A DNA stretch of 64,000 nucleotides, from assembly GCA_951406725.2 (NCBI GenBank), contig OX597830.1, positions 8,990,001-9,054,000 on the forward strand. The letters are read 5' to 3'. A program made the translations under genes and the position numbers. The stretch comes from Octopus vulgaris (Eukaryota). The notes beneath the pieces were generated by a model. The model saw nothing but the letters and a program-made list of their open reading frames with translations. It was not told the origin of the DNA and searched no databases. Below are positions 12,242 through 26,295 of this stretch, piece after piece; position 1 is the stretch's first letter; each line of letters starts with the position of its first letter.

Positions 12242-12652
12242 AACAACAAACAAGATGAGGACAAATATCCATCAAATGTAAATGACATAAGTAAGAATTA
12301 TCATAGTTTTATTATTTAAAATCTGCCACTGGAATTTAAGCAGTTAAATGGGTCCAAGGTATTATAAAACTTGGAGATTTTTTTTTTGAGATGAGAAGCA
12401 GAATGGAGAATCTTTAGAAGTTACCTTAGATAGACTTGGTAGTTATAATTGCTAGATAGATGTCTGTCATTGCTGAGAGACATTAAGTTCTGGAATGACA
12501 CAAAACAAAGGGTTGTTTATTTTACAAGAAAGCATCTGGGTCATAAAGTATGACATGATGTCAACTGCTGGTTCCTTGTTTTAATTGAAATCTTAACTTT
12601 TTTGAACCCTTGAAGGTAAATAATGTAAATAATGTACATAATCCCTCATCTC

Positions 12653-12862
12653 TCTTTTACTTGTTTCAGTCATTTGACTGCGGCCATGCTGGAGCACCGC
12701 CTTTAGTCAAGCAAATCGACCCCAGGACTTACCTTACTCTTTGTAAGCCTAGTACTTATTCTGTTGGTCTCTTTTTGCCGAATCGCTAAGTTACAAGGAT
12801 GTAAACACACCAGCATCAGTTGTCAAGCGATGGGTGGGGGGGGGGCAAACACAGACACACAA

Positions 12863-12915
<53 letters not shown>

Positions 12916-13080
12916 AATATACGATGGGCTTCTTTCGGTTTCCGTCTACCAAATCCACTCACAAGGCTTTGGTCGGCTTGTGGCTATAGTAGAAGACACT
13001 TGCCCAAGGTGCCACGCAGTGGGACTGAACCTGGAACCATGTGGTTGGTGAGCTAGCTACTTATCACACAGCCACTCCTG
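12653..13080 (-). mobile_element. SINE family A, full length, low divergence
   Basis: Complete head (GGAGTGGCTGTGTG) through tail (ATGACTGAAACAAGTAAAAGAG) on the minus strand. Confidence 0.9.
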
Positions 13081-13402
13081 CACCTATTGCTACTTACCAC
13101 ACATCTCTTAAATATAGAACTGTGATTGTTTATTTTTAGAACAACATTGTAGGGTAGATATGAGACACTGGATCTGGCTGGTTTGAGCATTAAACGGGTA
13201 GACTATTTGGGCCAGATATAGTTCGTTTAAATGTTAAGGGGTAAAAGTTATAAACGTCAAACATATTTTCACATCTATGTTATAAACATGGTGGTGCCCC
13301 AGCATGGCCACAACTTTTAGGCTAAAACACATAAAAGAGTAAATACATACATGCATGTCTGCACACATACACACACACACTTATATATTTCCCCTTCAGT
13401 TG

Positions 13403-13710
13403 AGGAGTTTTTGCCTTGCAAATTACTAGGTGACCTCACTGGTGCTGGTGCCATGTAAATAGCACCCAGGACATGCAGTAAAGTGGCTGGCATTAGGAAG
13501 GGCATCCAGCTGTGGAAGCTACACTAAAGCAGACACTGAAGCCTGGCAGTCCCCTGGCACACCAGTTCCTGTCAAACCCATCCAACCCACACCAGTATGG
13601 TACACAGATATCCAACGGGAATGATGATGATGATGTGTGCAGCCTTTCAGTTTGCCAGTCCTGGTCAAAACATTCAACCCATGCCAGCATGGACAAGGAA
13701 CGTTAAATGC
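13403..13710 (+). mobile_element. RTE-type 3' end (family E)
   Basis: GGCATTAGGAAGGGCATCCAGCTGT followed by a duplicated tail ending AACCCATGCCAGCATGG...CGTTAAATG. Confidence 0.7.
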
Positions 13711-13744
13711 TGCTGCTGCTGCTACTGATGATATATATATATAA

Positions 13745-13790
<46 letters not shown>

Positions 13791-14027
13791 TTAGAAAAAA
13801 CTACCTTTTATCAATTCAAAATGAACAATTAAATTACACCATCTAGAAAATTACACATAATAGATATATTAAAAATAAAATAACAATAATATACCAATGA
13901 TTAAGTAAATTGCAAAATAATAATAAAAACGTATATATTTGTGAAATTTGATTTAGTATTTCTAGATTGAATTTTCCCCTGTAAGTTAGGAATAATATTC
14001 CCTCAAATAATTATTATATATATATAT

Positions 14028-14850
14028 ATTTCAGTCATTTGACTATGGCCATGTTGGAGCACCGTGTTGAAGTGTTTTTGTCAAACTATTCGACCCCAGG
14101 AGTTATTCTTTGTAAGCCTAGTACTTACTTTATCAGTCTCTTTGCCGAACTGCTAAGTTACGGGGACATAACCACACCAACACCAGTTGTCAAGCAATGA
14201 TGGGAAAATATACACAGACACAAAGACACACACACATACACACATACGGCAGGCTTCTTTCAGATTTCATCTACCAAGTCCACTTGCAAAGCTTTGGTTC
14301 ACCAGAGGCTATAGTAGAAGACACTTGCCCAAGGTGCCATGCAGTGAGACTGAACCTGGAACCATGTGGCTTTGAAGCAAGCTTCTTAACACACAGCCAT
14401 ACATATATATGACAGACACACACACACACACGCACATATATATACATTACATATATATATATATCAACCCGGGACCTACATATATATATATATATATACA
14501 TAACATGGATATGGTTGTGTGGTCAAGTTTACTAGCCAGCTACATACTTTTGGGTTCAATCCCACTGCATGGCATATCATGAGCAAGTGTGTCCTCCTGC
14601 AGCCTTGGGTTGACCAAAGGCTTGTGAGTCGATTTGGTCGATGGAAACTGAAAGAATCCCATCAAATGTATGCATGTGTCTATGTGTGTTTGTGCCTTTG
14701 TCTTCACATTGTGTGATTGTTGTCCAGCCGGGTGCAGAAAGGGGGACATACAGGTGAAGGTTGGTGGCAGGAAGTGCATCCAGTTGTAGAAATTGCACCT
14801 CAATAAATTCTGTCTGACTCATGCAAGCATGGGAACATGGCTGTTAGAAC
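14028..14850. mobile_element. Two divergently oriented SINE family A copies (14028-14400 minus, 14508-14850 plus)
   Basis: Family A motifs on opposite strands, separated by about 110 bp of TA/CA repeat. Confidence 0.8.
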
Positions 14851-16929
14851 AACTACAACAAAAACGGTGATGATCATGATGTTGTTAATGATGGTGATGA
14901 TGATGAGGATGACAATGATGATGATAACGATGATGAAGTTGACAATGATGATGATGATGTTAACGATGATATATGACCAGTTAATGATAAGTTACAACGA
15001 GATAGTAGATGGTAGTGATAAAATGTGTTTTTTAAGGCTACACATGGTGAATATCAGAATTTCATCACACTGATAATATCTAGTTTGAAGAAAAAATTAC
15101 CATATATATATATATATATATATGCATGTATATATATGTATAAATATATTTCTATGCATGTATATATACATTAGATAATGTTTTGTAGGCTATAGGGAAA
15201 GAATAATGTTATTTTTCACACAATTATATTAAATAAACAATAAGGCTGAGTTAACAAAGAAGAAAGGTTTTGTAAAAATATGACACAAACACACACAGAG
15301 TCACATATAAATAGACATGCCCCTCTCTCCATATATATACATATATATATGTATATATATATATATATACCCTTATGTGCATAAAAATACATATAAACAT
15401 AGATATACATACATTTTTACATACATGCACAAATGAAGATGAACACACACACACACATATATACTCACAAATATAAATACAAGCATTATTTGCAATGAAT
15501 ATATTTCACACCAATGTGTGTTCATATAGGATAAACACACATGTGTGTATGTGTACATATGTACAGAGCTACATGCATATATACAATCATACATACGTGT
15601 ATACATCAAAACCAAGCATACTGCTGCGTATAACAGACATATACAGCTATTATATGAATGCAAACATATTCATGAACATACACACACATAGTATGTGCAT
15701 GTGTATATATATATATATATATAAGGGGTTATAATTCAAGATGTGTCCTCATGAAGCACATCTGCATGTTCACATTAACCTGATGTATGTATACAGATGT
15801 TTTATTTTAAATGGGGCAATTCACTGCATTTGAAATTTCTGGTGAATTCTATTTCCAGAATAATTACATATCAAAACAAAAGACTGGAAAGAATTGTAAT
15901 ATTTTTAACTCCACATTACATGTGTTTCATTACGGGATAGGAGCTACAAAGTGAAAAAAGATATATGGAATTCTCCTATTTATAATTTACCAGGCAAAGA
16001 TTAAAAATGTCAGAGTCAAAATCCATTGATACGGTCACAAATGCCGTGACAAAAAAGCTTTCTGGAATAAATAAATAATAAATAAATAAATGAGTGGAAA
16101 TTGAACCAGTGAGTGTGTTTGATATGAAGGGTATCATAACTCTCAGCAGACACAACAAAATTTGTTTCAATGCATGAATTCACATAAGGAATCTTGCAAA
16201 CCAGATACAAAGACAAATTTTAAAATCATTTTATTTTCCAATCTTTATCTGAAGAATTATGGATAGGAGACCTTATACATGTTTTGCTACAAGAATACTC
16301 TTCTAACTGCTTTCCTGTAATGGAACAGGGGTAGCATGGAATTAAAAATATACCAATTCTTTCTAGTCTTCTGTTTTAATAACACACACGTACATATGCG
16401 CACATGAATGTTATGACATATTCACATAATACAAGAACTGTCTTGATTCCTACATGCCTGGCATTTTACAGCTCACCACTTACAGCACATATATATTGAA
16501 TATGATACACAGATGGCTGTTTATGATACCTAAATGGCATACACATACATTGGATGGTTTAACATGGAGCTGGTTAGCTGGGAGCTGACCAGACTCCCAT
16601 TGTTTGTTGTGGCATGGTTTCTATGGTTGGATGCCCTTCCTAATGCCAACCACCTCACAGTGTGTGTTGGGTCCTTTTTACGTACCACCAGCATGGGTGC
16701 ATTTATGAAGCACTGGCACAGGTGTGTTTATGCAACAGTGGCACAGGTGCTTTTTATGTGGAACTGGCATACACACACAGTTTTTTTTGTATTTTGTGGT
16801 ACATATAAATGCTCAATGCAATTCTGTCATTGGAGAACTCCAATATGTGTTTATTTACGTGTTTGTGTGTACGTGAGTGAGTGAAAGAGAGGAACTGAAA
16901 TTAAATCTTAGGCTATGGTTTTGTTTGAT

Positions 16930-17400
16930 CAGGAGGAAAATGTTACATGGTGTCACTCAGCACTCAATACTGGTGTAAAAACTAGAGTAGCAAACATATC
17001 CTTTTCTTAATCAGAAGTCATTTCCCAAACAGCCATAAATTCTATGAGATGATCATCAAGAACAACACAAAGATAAGCTACAGCTGCATTAAAATAAACC
17101 TAATACTATCAAGAAGACCCAATGCAAATAAGAATAGAGTAAAGGGAGCTAATATGTAACTGCTGTACGATGAAGCTTTGTGCCCAATATCTAGAGAAAG
17201 GCATTATACTCCTTACTGATGTCTCCACCAACAAAACATCAATAAACTACAGAGGGATCACAGAGGAATCTTTCAAAAGATGTATACACCAGCACAACAA
17301 CTCATTTCATCATTGCCACCTGGAAAGTACCACCGCACTTTCAAAGAATATTTGGAAGTTGATAAAACAAAGCATCTCATGGGCAGTGTTTAGAGAAAGC
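16930..17400 (+). pseudogene. Penelope-like element ORF remnant (RT linker plus GIY-YIG endonuclease)
   Basis: Reads NVTWCHSALN...LIRSHFPNSHKFYEMIIKNNTKISYSC...CNC...YRGITEESFKRCIHQHNNSF...STTALSKNIWKL...ISW. This matches the Penelope-like pattern HFP...KISYSC / YIG.TE..FK.R...H..SF / ST.LS..IW.L. Confidence 0.85.
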
Positions 17401-18334
17401 AGAGGCATTTGGGAACAGATCAAAGGAGAGAGGGTGAGAGCGAGCGAGCAAGAGAGAGAGAGAGAGGGGTTGGTTTTAAACATTAGTTAAATGTAGATAT
17501 GATTTAAATGATGGGAACTTCTGAAAGTTTAATTGATGTCATTAAAGGTAAGGACGAGTTGGTGATGGTGCAGAATAGAGGGAAATGTTTGTGGGTGAGG
17601 ACGGCGACATCACTGAAGCACAACAAATATGATTATAGCCTTGAGTCCCTGGTGGCACTCTTTATTTACACTCGTTTATGTTGTTGTTGTGGTTCTTGCT
17701 TTTTGTACCAGCTTTTGATAATGGTTGCTGCTGCTGCTGCTACTGCTGTTGTGTAAGATAAAATTGTTGTTGTTGGTGATGTTTTCATATATTTTTGTAG
17801 TTGTTTTTTGCTATTATAACCATTATTGCTGTTGTTGTTGTTAGTGGTGGTGATGTGTAACATTTTGTTGTTGTTGTCCATACTATTCTTCGTGTGCTGC
17901 TGCAGTTGCTGGTACTGATGTTGTTGTTGTTGTTGCTGTTACAGTTGTTTATAAGATCATGGGTGGGAGGATGGGGAGGATCTGAGGTGGGGAAAGATAT
18001 CTTTTTGCTTGTCTTGCAGATGTTGTTGTTGATGCTGTTGCTGCTGTCTGTACTATTGTTGGTGTCTCACATTGCTGCTGCTACTGTTGTTGTTGTTGTT
18101 GCTTTTAATAATGTGAATGTTGTTGTTGTTGTTCTTATGGGTTAGATGTGGAACGAGAAAAGAAAGGTATGGTTTTGTTGTTCTTGTCAATGTTGCTGCT
18201 GTTGTTGTTGTTGCAGCTGCTGCTGCTGATGTCACGGTTTTCATGTTGAAGGAAGAAAGAATTCTTGAAAATGCCAAAATGAGAAACATCCCACTAGTAA
18301 ATCCCATAGGTAAGATGTGCCAGAGGCAATGTCT

Positions 18335-18915
18335 CCATCATCGTCATCATCATCATCACCACCACCATCATCACTATCATTATCCTCATCATCATCACCA
18401 CCACCACCACCACCACCACCACCACCATCATCATCAGCAGCAGCAGCATCACCACCACCACCATCGATAGCAGCAGTAACATTGAGTTTCTGTTACCACC
18501 ACCATCACCATCACCAGCATCAGTTATCTTCATCATCATCACTGTCATCATCATCATTATAGCCGTACCACATCATCACCATTACGACTACCACCACCAT
18601 TTCCATCATCATCAACACCACTACTACCACCATCATCCACATCACCACCACCACCACCACCACCATCATCCTCATCATCAGTCACCATTATAACCATACC
18701 ACATCACAACCACCACCACCACCATCACTACCACTGCCACCAACAGCCCATCACTAAACATCACCATCATCTCACTGTTTCAACTGTCACCACCACCACC
18801 ACCACCACCACTATCACCACCATGCTATCACCATCCCCTCCATCGCTGCCACCACCACAACCACTATCTCACCACCACCACCGTCATCATAGTCACCACC
18901 ACCACCACCACCATT
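18335..18915. repeat. Mosaic (ACC/ATC)n trinucleotide tract
   Basis: Seen directly; explains the His/Pro/Thr-rich ORFs. Confidence 0.9.
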
Positions 18916-20073
18916 AATATAAAGTGCCATTCCTTAATACCGTTAAACATGAGCAATGATTGTTTTTTTCACCTCCCCAGATTTTAGGGGGTGGGGGGGT
19001 AAGGGGTGGCCTCACCTCCACGCCACCCTGCACCATCCACCCCCACATCACTCTTAATACAAATGACTAATAATTCCCATAGAATCACGCTCAAAGAATA
19101 CCATTGCACCACCATCATCATCATCATCATCACCACCACCATTATGACTCAAACACCGTCACCTCCATCACCTATACCACCACCACCACCATCATAACTA
19201 CCAGAAAAAAAATCACTAAAATCTCTACTACTACCACCACCATCACCATCACCACTGCCACTACTACAACCACCACCACCAGAAAAAAATGGTACTGCAA
19301 TCACAGTTTTTACTACTACTGCTACTACTACCACCACCATCTGTGCCACAGTCTATCAATTCTATTACCATTGTCAACATCATCCTCAGAAATATCACCA
19401 CCACTGCCACCAACACCTCTCCTATCACGACCACCCCCACCAAGCCTATACTATATCACTCACACTTCTTCCATTGTCTACCAAAAGTTGACAATGGTCA
19501 GAAATGATGACAAACCAATCACTTTGCTTTCTTCTGGATCACCTTAACAATAACAGCAGCAGCAGCAGCAGTAGGTGCACGTCTCGTCATACCAGCACCA
19601 TCACCAAAACCACTACCATACCGCCGCCTATACCAACACCTTCACCCCAGCCTTACCACCACCACCACCACATCACATATATTTATAACTTCCCCTCAAC
19701 ACCATAACACCACCACCTATACCATCATTTCATATCACTCCACCGCTACCACCACAACTACCACCACCACCACCACCATCACTTCATCCCCACGGCTGTA
19801 TACATACATGAGTGTAAACATTTTCATCCACACCCTCGCCCATACTACACTACCAGTTATATACACCTTCATCTCTGCTTGCTTCAGCATCATCTACACC
19901 CTCTACATCTGTCCCCACCCTCCCTGTCTATGGAACACAGAGCACCACCACCCCGATCTAGTCCACCATACATGACACCAAAACTAAAATGATTTCACTA
20001 TTGAGCTATGTTGCACATATTCTTGTTGTTGTTAATAAAATGTCATTGTCATGAGGAGAGAGGGAGAGAAAGA

Positions 20074-20112
<39 letters not shown>

Positions 20113-20444
20113 GAAGAGGGGAGAGGTAGATAGACTGGTAGACAGACTGATAGACAGATTGAAAGGACAGAGAGACAGATAGATAGACTGAATGAGAAAC
20201 AGATGAAACAGAATAGAGAGAGAGAGAGGGGGGGATTGACAGAGAGGCAGACAGAATGTGGGTAAAAGTGGGAGGGGTTAACTTTTGTAATCAGTGAGAC
20301 AGTCATTAAGTAATTAGTTAAGTGTTGAATTGGTTAATCTAACAGTCAGACGACAGACAGTTGCGAGAATGTTGACACAGATGGAGACATGTAATGGTGG
20401 AAAGATTAGAAGAAATTAGAGAAAAATAGTAATGAGTAAGTATA

Positions 20445-20715
20445 TAGGCATGGTAAGAAGCTTGCTTCCCAAACACATGGTCCTGGGTTCAGTCCCACTG
20501 TGTGACATTTTATAGAAGTGTCTTCTATTATAGACTTGGGCCGACCATGGCTTTGTGAGTGAATTTGGTAGATGGAAACTGAAAAGAAGCCCATCATGTG
20601 TGTATGTGTGTGTGTGTCCCTTCTTTCTGTTTTTGACCCTTGGCAGTTGGTGTTTGTGTGTTTATGTCCCTGTAACTTAGTTTGGCAAAAGAGACCGATA
20701 GGATAAGTATCCATC
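20445..20715 (+). mobile_element. SINE family A copy, 3' truncated
   Basis: Family A head and core motifs. Confidence 0.8.
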
Positions 20716-20837
20716 TTTGAAAGACAAGCAGGCTTCTTAACAACACAGTCATGTCTATGATATATGTATGTGTGTATGAATGTAGTTATGTGTATGTGTT
20801 AATGTGTATAAGTCTGTGCATGTATGCACATATGCAA

Positions 20838-21550
20838 GCTGGCACGGCACGTAAAAAGCACTATTCGAGCTTGGTCAATGCCAGTGTCGCCTTACTGGTT
20901 CTTGTGCCAGTGACACACAAAAAGCACCGTTCGAGCGTAGTTGATGCCAGTGCTGCCTCACTGGCTCCCGTGCTGGTGGCATGTAAAAAAGTACCATTTG
21001 AGCATAGTCGGTACCAGTGCTGCCTTACTGGCTCCTGTGCCGGTGGCACATAAAAGAGCACCATTCAAGCATGGTCGATTCCAGTGCCGCCTGACTGGTT
21101 CCCATGCCACCGGCATGTAAAAAGCACTCACTACACTCTCGAGTGGTTGACGTTAGGAAGGGTATCCAGCTGTAGAAGCCTTGCCAGATCAGATTGGAGC
21201 CTGGTGAGGCCTCCCGGCTTGCCAGTCCTCCGTCCAGCCCATGCTAGCATGTAAGAGAACCATCCGAATGTGGCCGTTGCCAGTGCCGCCCTGACTGGCC
21301 TCATGCCAGTGGCACATAAAAAGCACCATCCATTTGTGGCCGTTGCCAGCCTCACCTGGCCCCCATGCCGGTAGCACGTAAAAAGCACCCACTACACTCA
21401 CGGAGTGGTTGGCATTAGGAAGGGCATCCAGCCGTAGAAACATTGCCAGATCAGACTGGGCCTGGTGCAGCCTTCTGGCTTCACAGACCCCAGTTGAACC
21501 GTCCAGCCCATGCTAGCATGGAAAGCGGACGCTAAACGATGATGATGATG
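20838..21550 (+). mobile_element. Two joined RTE-type 3' ends with about 60-66 bp tandem hairpin units (family E)
   Basis: Units end in GTGCCGGTGGCACGTAAAAAGCACC. The tail reads CCCATGCTAGCATGGAAAGCGGACGCTAAACGATGATGATG. Confidence 0.8.
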
Positions 21551-21889
21551 GCTCCACAATGTATGGATGGCCATCATATTTACATAATACATACACATGT
21601 GCAACTGTGTGCTTTCACCTGAATGTCATTTGAGAACCTGTGTGTTTGCCGTACATCTCCCACCAAACAATATGTCCCAAAGAATGTCAGATTTTGCTGG
21701 TTTTGTGAGTAGACCAGTGGAATATAAAATATATCTTATTTGAAAAAAAAACTAAACAAAAAACAAAATAAATAGGGGTGGACAACAGCAAGGGTTTCTG
21801 TCCATTAAATACTGTGTTGTTAAGTCTTGTTCAATCCATTCCAGAATGGATTGGACAAGAAGACATCAAAACTACTATTCTATTATTCT

Positions 21890-22230
21890 TTTGCATGTTT
21901 CAGTCATTTGACTGTGGCCATGCTGGAGCACTGCCTTTAGTCGAACAAATCAACCCCAGGACTTATTCTTTGTAAGTCTAGTACTTATTCTGTTGGTCTC
22001 TTTTGCCGAACTGCTAAGTTACAAGGACGTAAACACACCAGCATCAGCTGTCAAGCAATGTTGGGGGGGACAAACACAGACACACTTTCAGTTTCCATCG
22101 ACCACATCCACTCACAAGGCTTTGGTCGGCCCGAGACTATAGTAGAAGACACTTGCCCAAGGTGCCACGCAGTGGGACTGAACCAAGAACCATGTGGTTG
22201 GTAAGCAAGCTACTTACCACACAGCCACTG
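21890..22230 (-). mobile_element. SINE family A copy
   Basis: Family A motifs; the internal microsatellite is largely deleted. Confidence 0.85.
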
Positions 22231-24146
22231 CACCTATGATGATGATACTGATAGTGATGGTGTTGATGATGATGGTGGTGGTGATGATATTTGATAGTGA
22301 TGATGATACCCCCTCCTCTCACCATGAAGTCTCAACAAGAAATACTTAGAGATAAAGCTAAATTCTATAAGTAATTTTGTGTCCATTGTTTCACCAATTC
22401 TTCCAACTTGATTAGAAAAGAAGAAAAAAAAATACAGCAATTACAACCAGCACCACAACAACAACAACAACAATCACCAATGACCTCAATATCAAGAACA
22501 TAACCGACAACAACAACAACAGTATTAACAAAAGCAACATCTTAGATAATAAACATCAGGAACAACAACAATAACCTAAGTGCAGTAACCATAATGTAGC
22601 CAACACAACCATGACCACCTCTGCCAATAACTAAAGTAACTATGAATCAACAACACCAACAGCTGTAATAACTAGATACCAATAAGCACAACAGCACTAG
22701 AAATAGCAGCTAAATCTTCCTCAAATCACATCTTATCTTAAAAAATGAGGAACAGATTAGGCAATGAAGTTTTATACATACAAAGAGATGATAATGGTGG
22801 GGTAGGGCAAGGCTGGAATGCCTTTGATCACACGATTGTGCAATCAGGGCTGACAACAATAATAACAACAGTATCAACATCTCCAGAACACTACTACCAC
22901 CAACACTACAACCATCAAAACTTTCATCACTACTACCACCATAACCACTATCTCTACCATACTCCCTCCACTCAGATAACCTCCTCCTACTGTCACTCAC
23001 CCTCCACAGTAGGTAAACTACATCCATCCAGATGATAACACACAGCTTCAAATCTTCTTTGTTCTGTTTTAAGTGAAACAGCTGTTGGGGAACGACTTCA
23101 GTGTGGCAGAATGACATAACAACAACAACAATTAGGGCTAACACCACCACCACCACCACCACCACCACTACCACCACCACCACCACCACCACCAAGGCCA
23201 CTACATGTATTCGAGTCACATCTGAGTTTCTTCTCTTATTACGAAATGCTTCTGACTTTATCAACACACAAACATATACACACTTACAGATGTATGCATA
23301 TAAGGGCATACATGCACAGACTTATACATATATAGACATAACAGCGACAAATATACATACACAGACGCAGACGTATGTGTATACAGATACACAGGAACAC
23401 ATACAAGCATATATATATATATATATAGACATAAATACTCAGATATAGACAAACATTCACCACAGACAAACACAGAGACAAGCACACTTATACACATGTA
23501 TACAGATACACACACACATATATATATACACACACAAACAGACATATATATGCATCTACTCACGGGCACACCCAAACATAAACATATAGAAGGAAGTACA
23601 TACAAACACAAAATCATAGACATGCACACACACATGCACGCACACACACAAACACAGAAGCATAGGTAGATAAACATATATACACATCCATATAGACATG
23701 AATGCAAAGACACACACACAGATAAATATAGACATACACACATACAGACATGCATACATATACAGATATATAGACACAAATGCAATCACATACAAAAGGA
23801 GAGAGTACATACACACATATACAAACACTCATATACATACATACAAAATACACACACAGACAAGCACACACAAATACAAGCCGAGGTATACATAGCCACA
23901 GAGTCACTGTGAGTGGCACACTGACAGCCAATGACATGTTGATACATTCTATGACACACAGACAATAGAATGTAGTTGTGTGACTTGCTCAATGTAACAA
24001 CTAAATCTGTCTGATCTTGCAGATAACAATGGTCAGTACCGCACTGTCTGCTTAGCCTCTATACAGGGAACCAAAGAGGCTAAGTCAACCTGGGGAAAAA
24101 TCAACATAATACAAAACCCAGAAGTAGAATTGTGGGTACAAAAAGT

Positions 24147-24298
24147 GCAGGTGTGGCAGTGTAGTAAGAAGCTTGCTTCCCAACCACATGGTTCTAGGTT
24201 CAGTTCCACTATGCAGTACTTCGGACCAGTGACTTCTACTATAGCCTTTGGCCACCTAAAACCTTTTGAGTGGATTTGGTAGATAAAAACTGAAAATC

Positions 24299-24342
<44 letters not shown>

Positions 24343-24542
24343 TCTTTTACTTGTTTCAGTCATTTGACTGTGGCCATGCTGGAGCACTGCCTTTAGTCGA
24401 GCAAATCAACCCCAAGACTTATTCTTTGTAAGCCTGGTACTTATTCTATTGGTCTCATTTGCCGAACCGCTAAGTTACGGGGAGGTAAACACACCAGCAT
24501 CGGTTGTCAAGCAATGTTGGGGGGGCAAACACAGACACACAA

Positions 24543-24597
<55 letters not shown>

Positions 24598-24767
24598 GAT
24601 ACATATATACAACAGGCTTCTTTCAGTTTCTGTCTACCAAATCCACTCACAAGGCTTTGGTCGGCCCGAGGCCATAGTAGAAGACACTTGCCCAAGGTGC
24701 CACACAGTGGGACTGAACCTGGAACCATGTGGTTGGTAAGCAAGCTACTTACCACACAGCCACTCCT
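24147..24767. mobile_element. SINE family A pair (24147-24298 plus, partial; 24342-24767 minus, full length)
   Basis: Family A motifs on opposite strands around a (TA)n tract. Confidence 0.85.
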
Positions 24768-26224
24768 ACACCTCTTTATATATATATATATATATATAAA
24801 AAGGCAAAAACCCCCTTTGATCATGAATGACCATGGGATTGCACCTAGAAAGTTACCCTCTGAGGCACAAGTCCAGGCAAGGTTGTTGATGGAAGACCAG
24901 CAATTATCCATGCATACCAGCCTCCCCTCTCCATGCCACCAATGCATATGTGTATGTATGAGCTAACGAGAGAGACCTGTACATGATAACTACACCTGGC
25001 AGAAATACCAGCCAAATCTCTGTCAAATCACAGCTAACTCACTCATATAGAATATATATATATGTATGAGACAAAGAAGGAGACCCCTACATAGCAGCTA
25101 TACCTGTTAGAAATAGCAGCCAAATCCCTCTCAAAATCACATCCTATGCTCTTAAAAATAGAAGTGCAAATTGGATAATGAAACCACCAGGGTGGTCAGC
25201 TCTGGGATGTCTTTGATTACAGATTTGATTAATGAGGCCAGCCTAGGGCTAAATAAAAACAATCTCACCTGAGCTAACATGAATGTAAACACTGTTACCA
25301 TCACCATGACAACTAGGCATTTGTTATCTAAATACTACATCATTTATTTACTAACATCATACACCAATCCACTGTCGCCCAACACCACTCCTTCCTGTTG
25401 ACCCTGCTGACATTCTATTATGCTCATCTAGAGGCCCCTTTTTACACCACTTGTTGCCCTTTTACTAACGACCCTCCTATTGCTACTACTATTACCACTG
25501 CCACTACCACCACCACTACTATCACCACCACTATTACCACAACAACCATCACCACTACTACAACTACTACACCGTTACTACTACCACCACCACTGTCAAC
25601 AACACTTAACTGCTATCAATGCAAACAGTACATAGTATCACTACTACCACCTGACTACAATTTTCACCACTACCCTCCCACCAACACCACTTACAACTAC
25701 CACCTAACTACTACAATACCTTCATAGCCACCTCCAGACTATGAAGTGCACCATACTATAGTCTATGCTACTATTTTCACAACAACAGTCATGACCACCA
25801 CCACTGCAACAACAACCACCACCACTGCTATGACCACTGCTCTTTCCTGTTGACCTTAACCATTCCATTGTACATTCTCCAGTTTATTCACGTTGTTGTT
25901 GTTGTTGCTGGCGGTGACATTTTGCTGATTCCATTGAAGAATTTCATGTTTACAAGAAATTGCATCAAAACTCATCATCATCATCATCACCACTGCATAA
26001 ACATCATCATCATCAGTATCATCATAACCTGGCCCTGAATCCTATCTATCACTGCTTCCTCCTCCTCCTCCTCCCTCTCTACATATATCTATCTAGCTCT
26101 CTTTCAGCCTCCAGTGCTGCTCCTCCTTCAACACTCTACCATATCTACCTGTCTTTCCTCTCCCTCCTTTCCAATCTACCTTCCTTATCTGCTCATCTCC
26201 TGCCTCAGGTAAACAGGCTATACA

Positions 26225-26271
<47 letters not shown>

Positions 26272-26295
26272 ATATATGTAAAAGGTTGTAAATAA

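Noticed and set aside
20838-21130. CRISPR-like look: a ~25-bp hairpin repeat with ~40-bp spacers (also 50360-50585)
   Set aside because: The spacers are homologous to each other, the repeats are degenerate, there are no cas genes, and the context is a eukaryotic retroelement 3' UTR.
24507-24966. Recurrent peptide YSRRHLPKVPRSGTEPGTMW in many ORFs
   Set aside because: It is the antisense translation of SINE family A, not a protein family.
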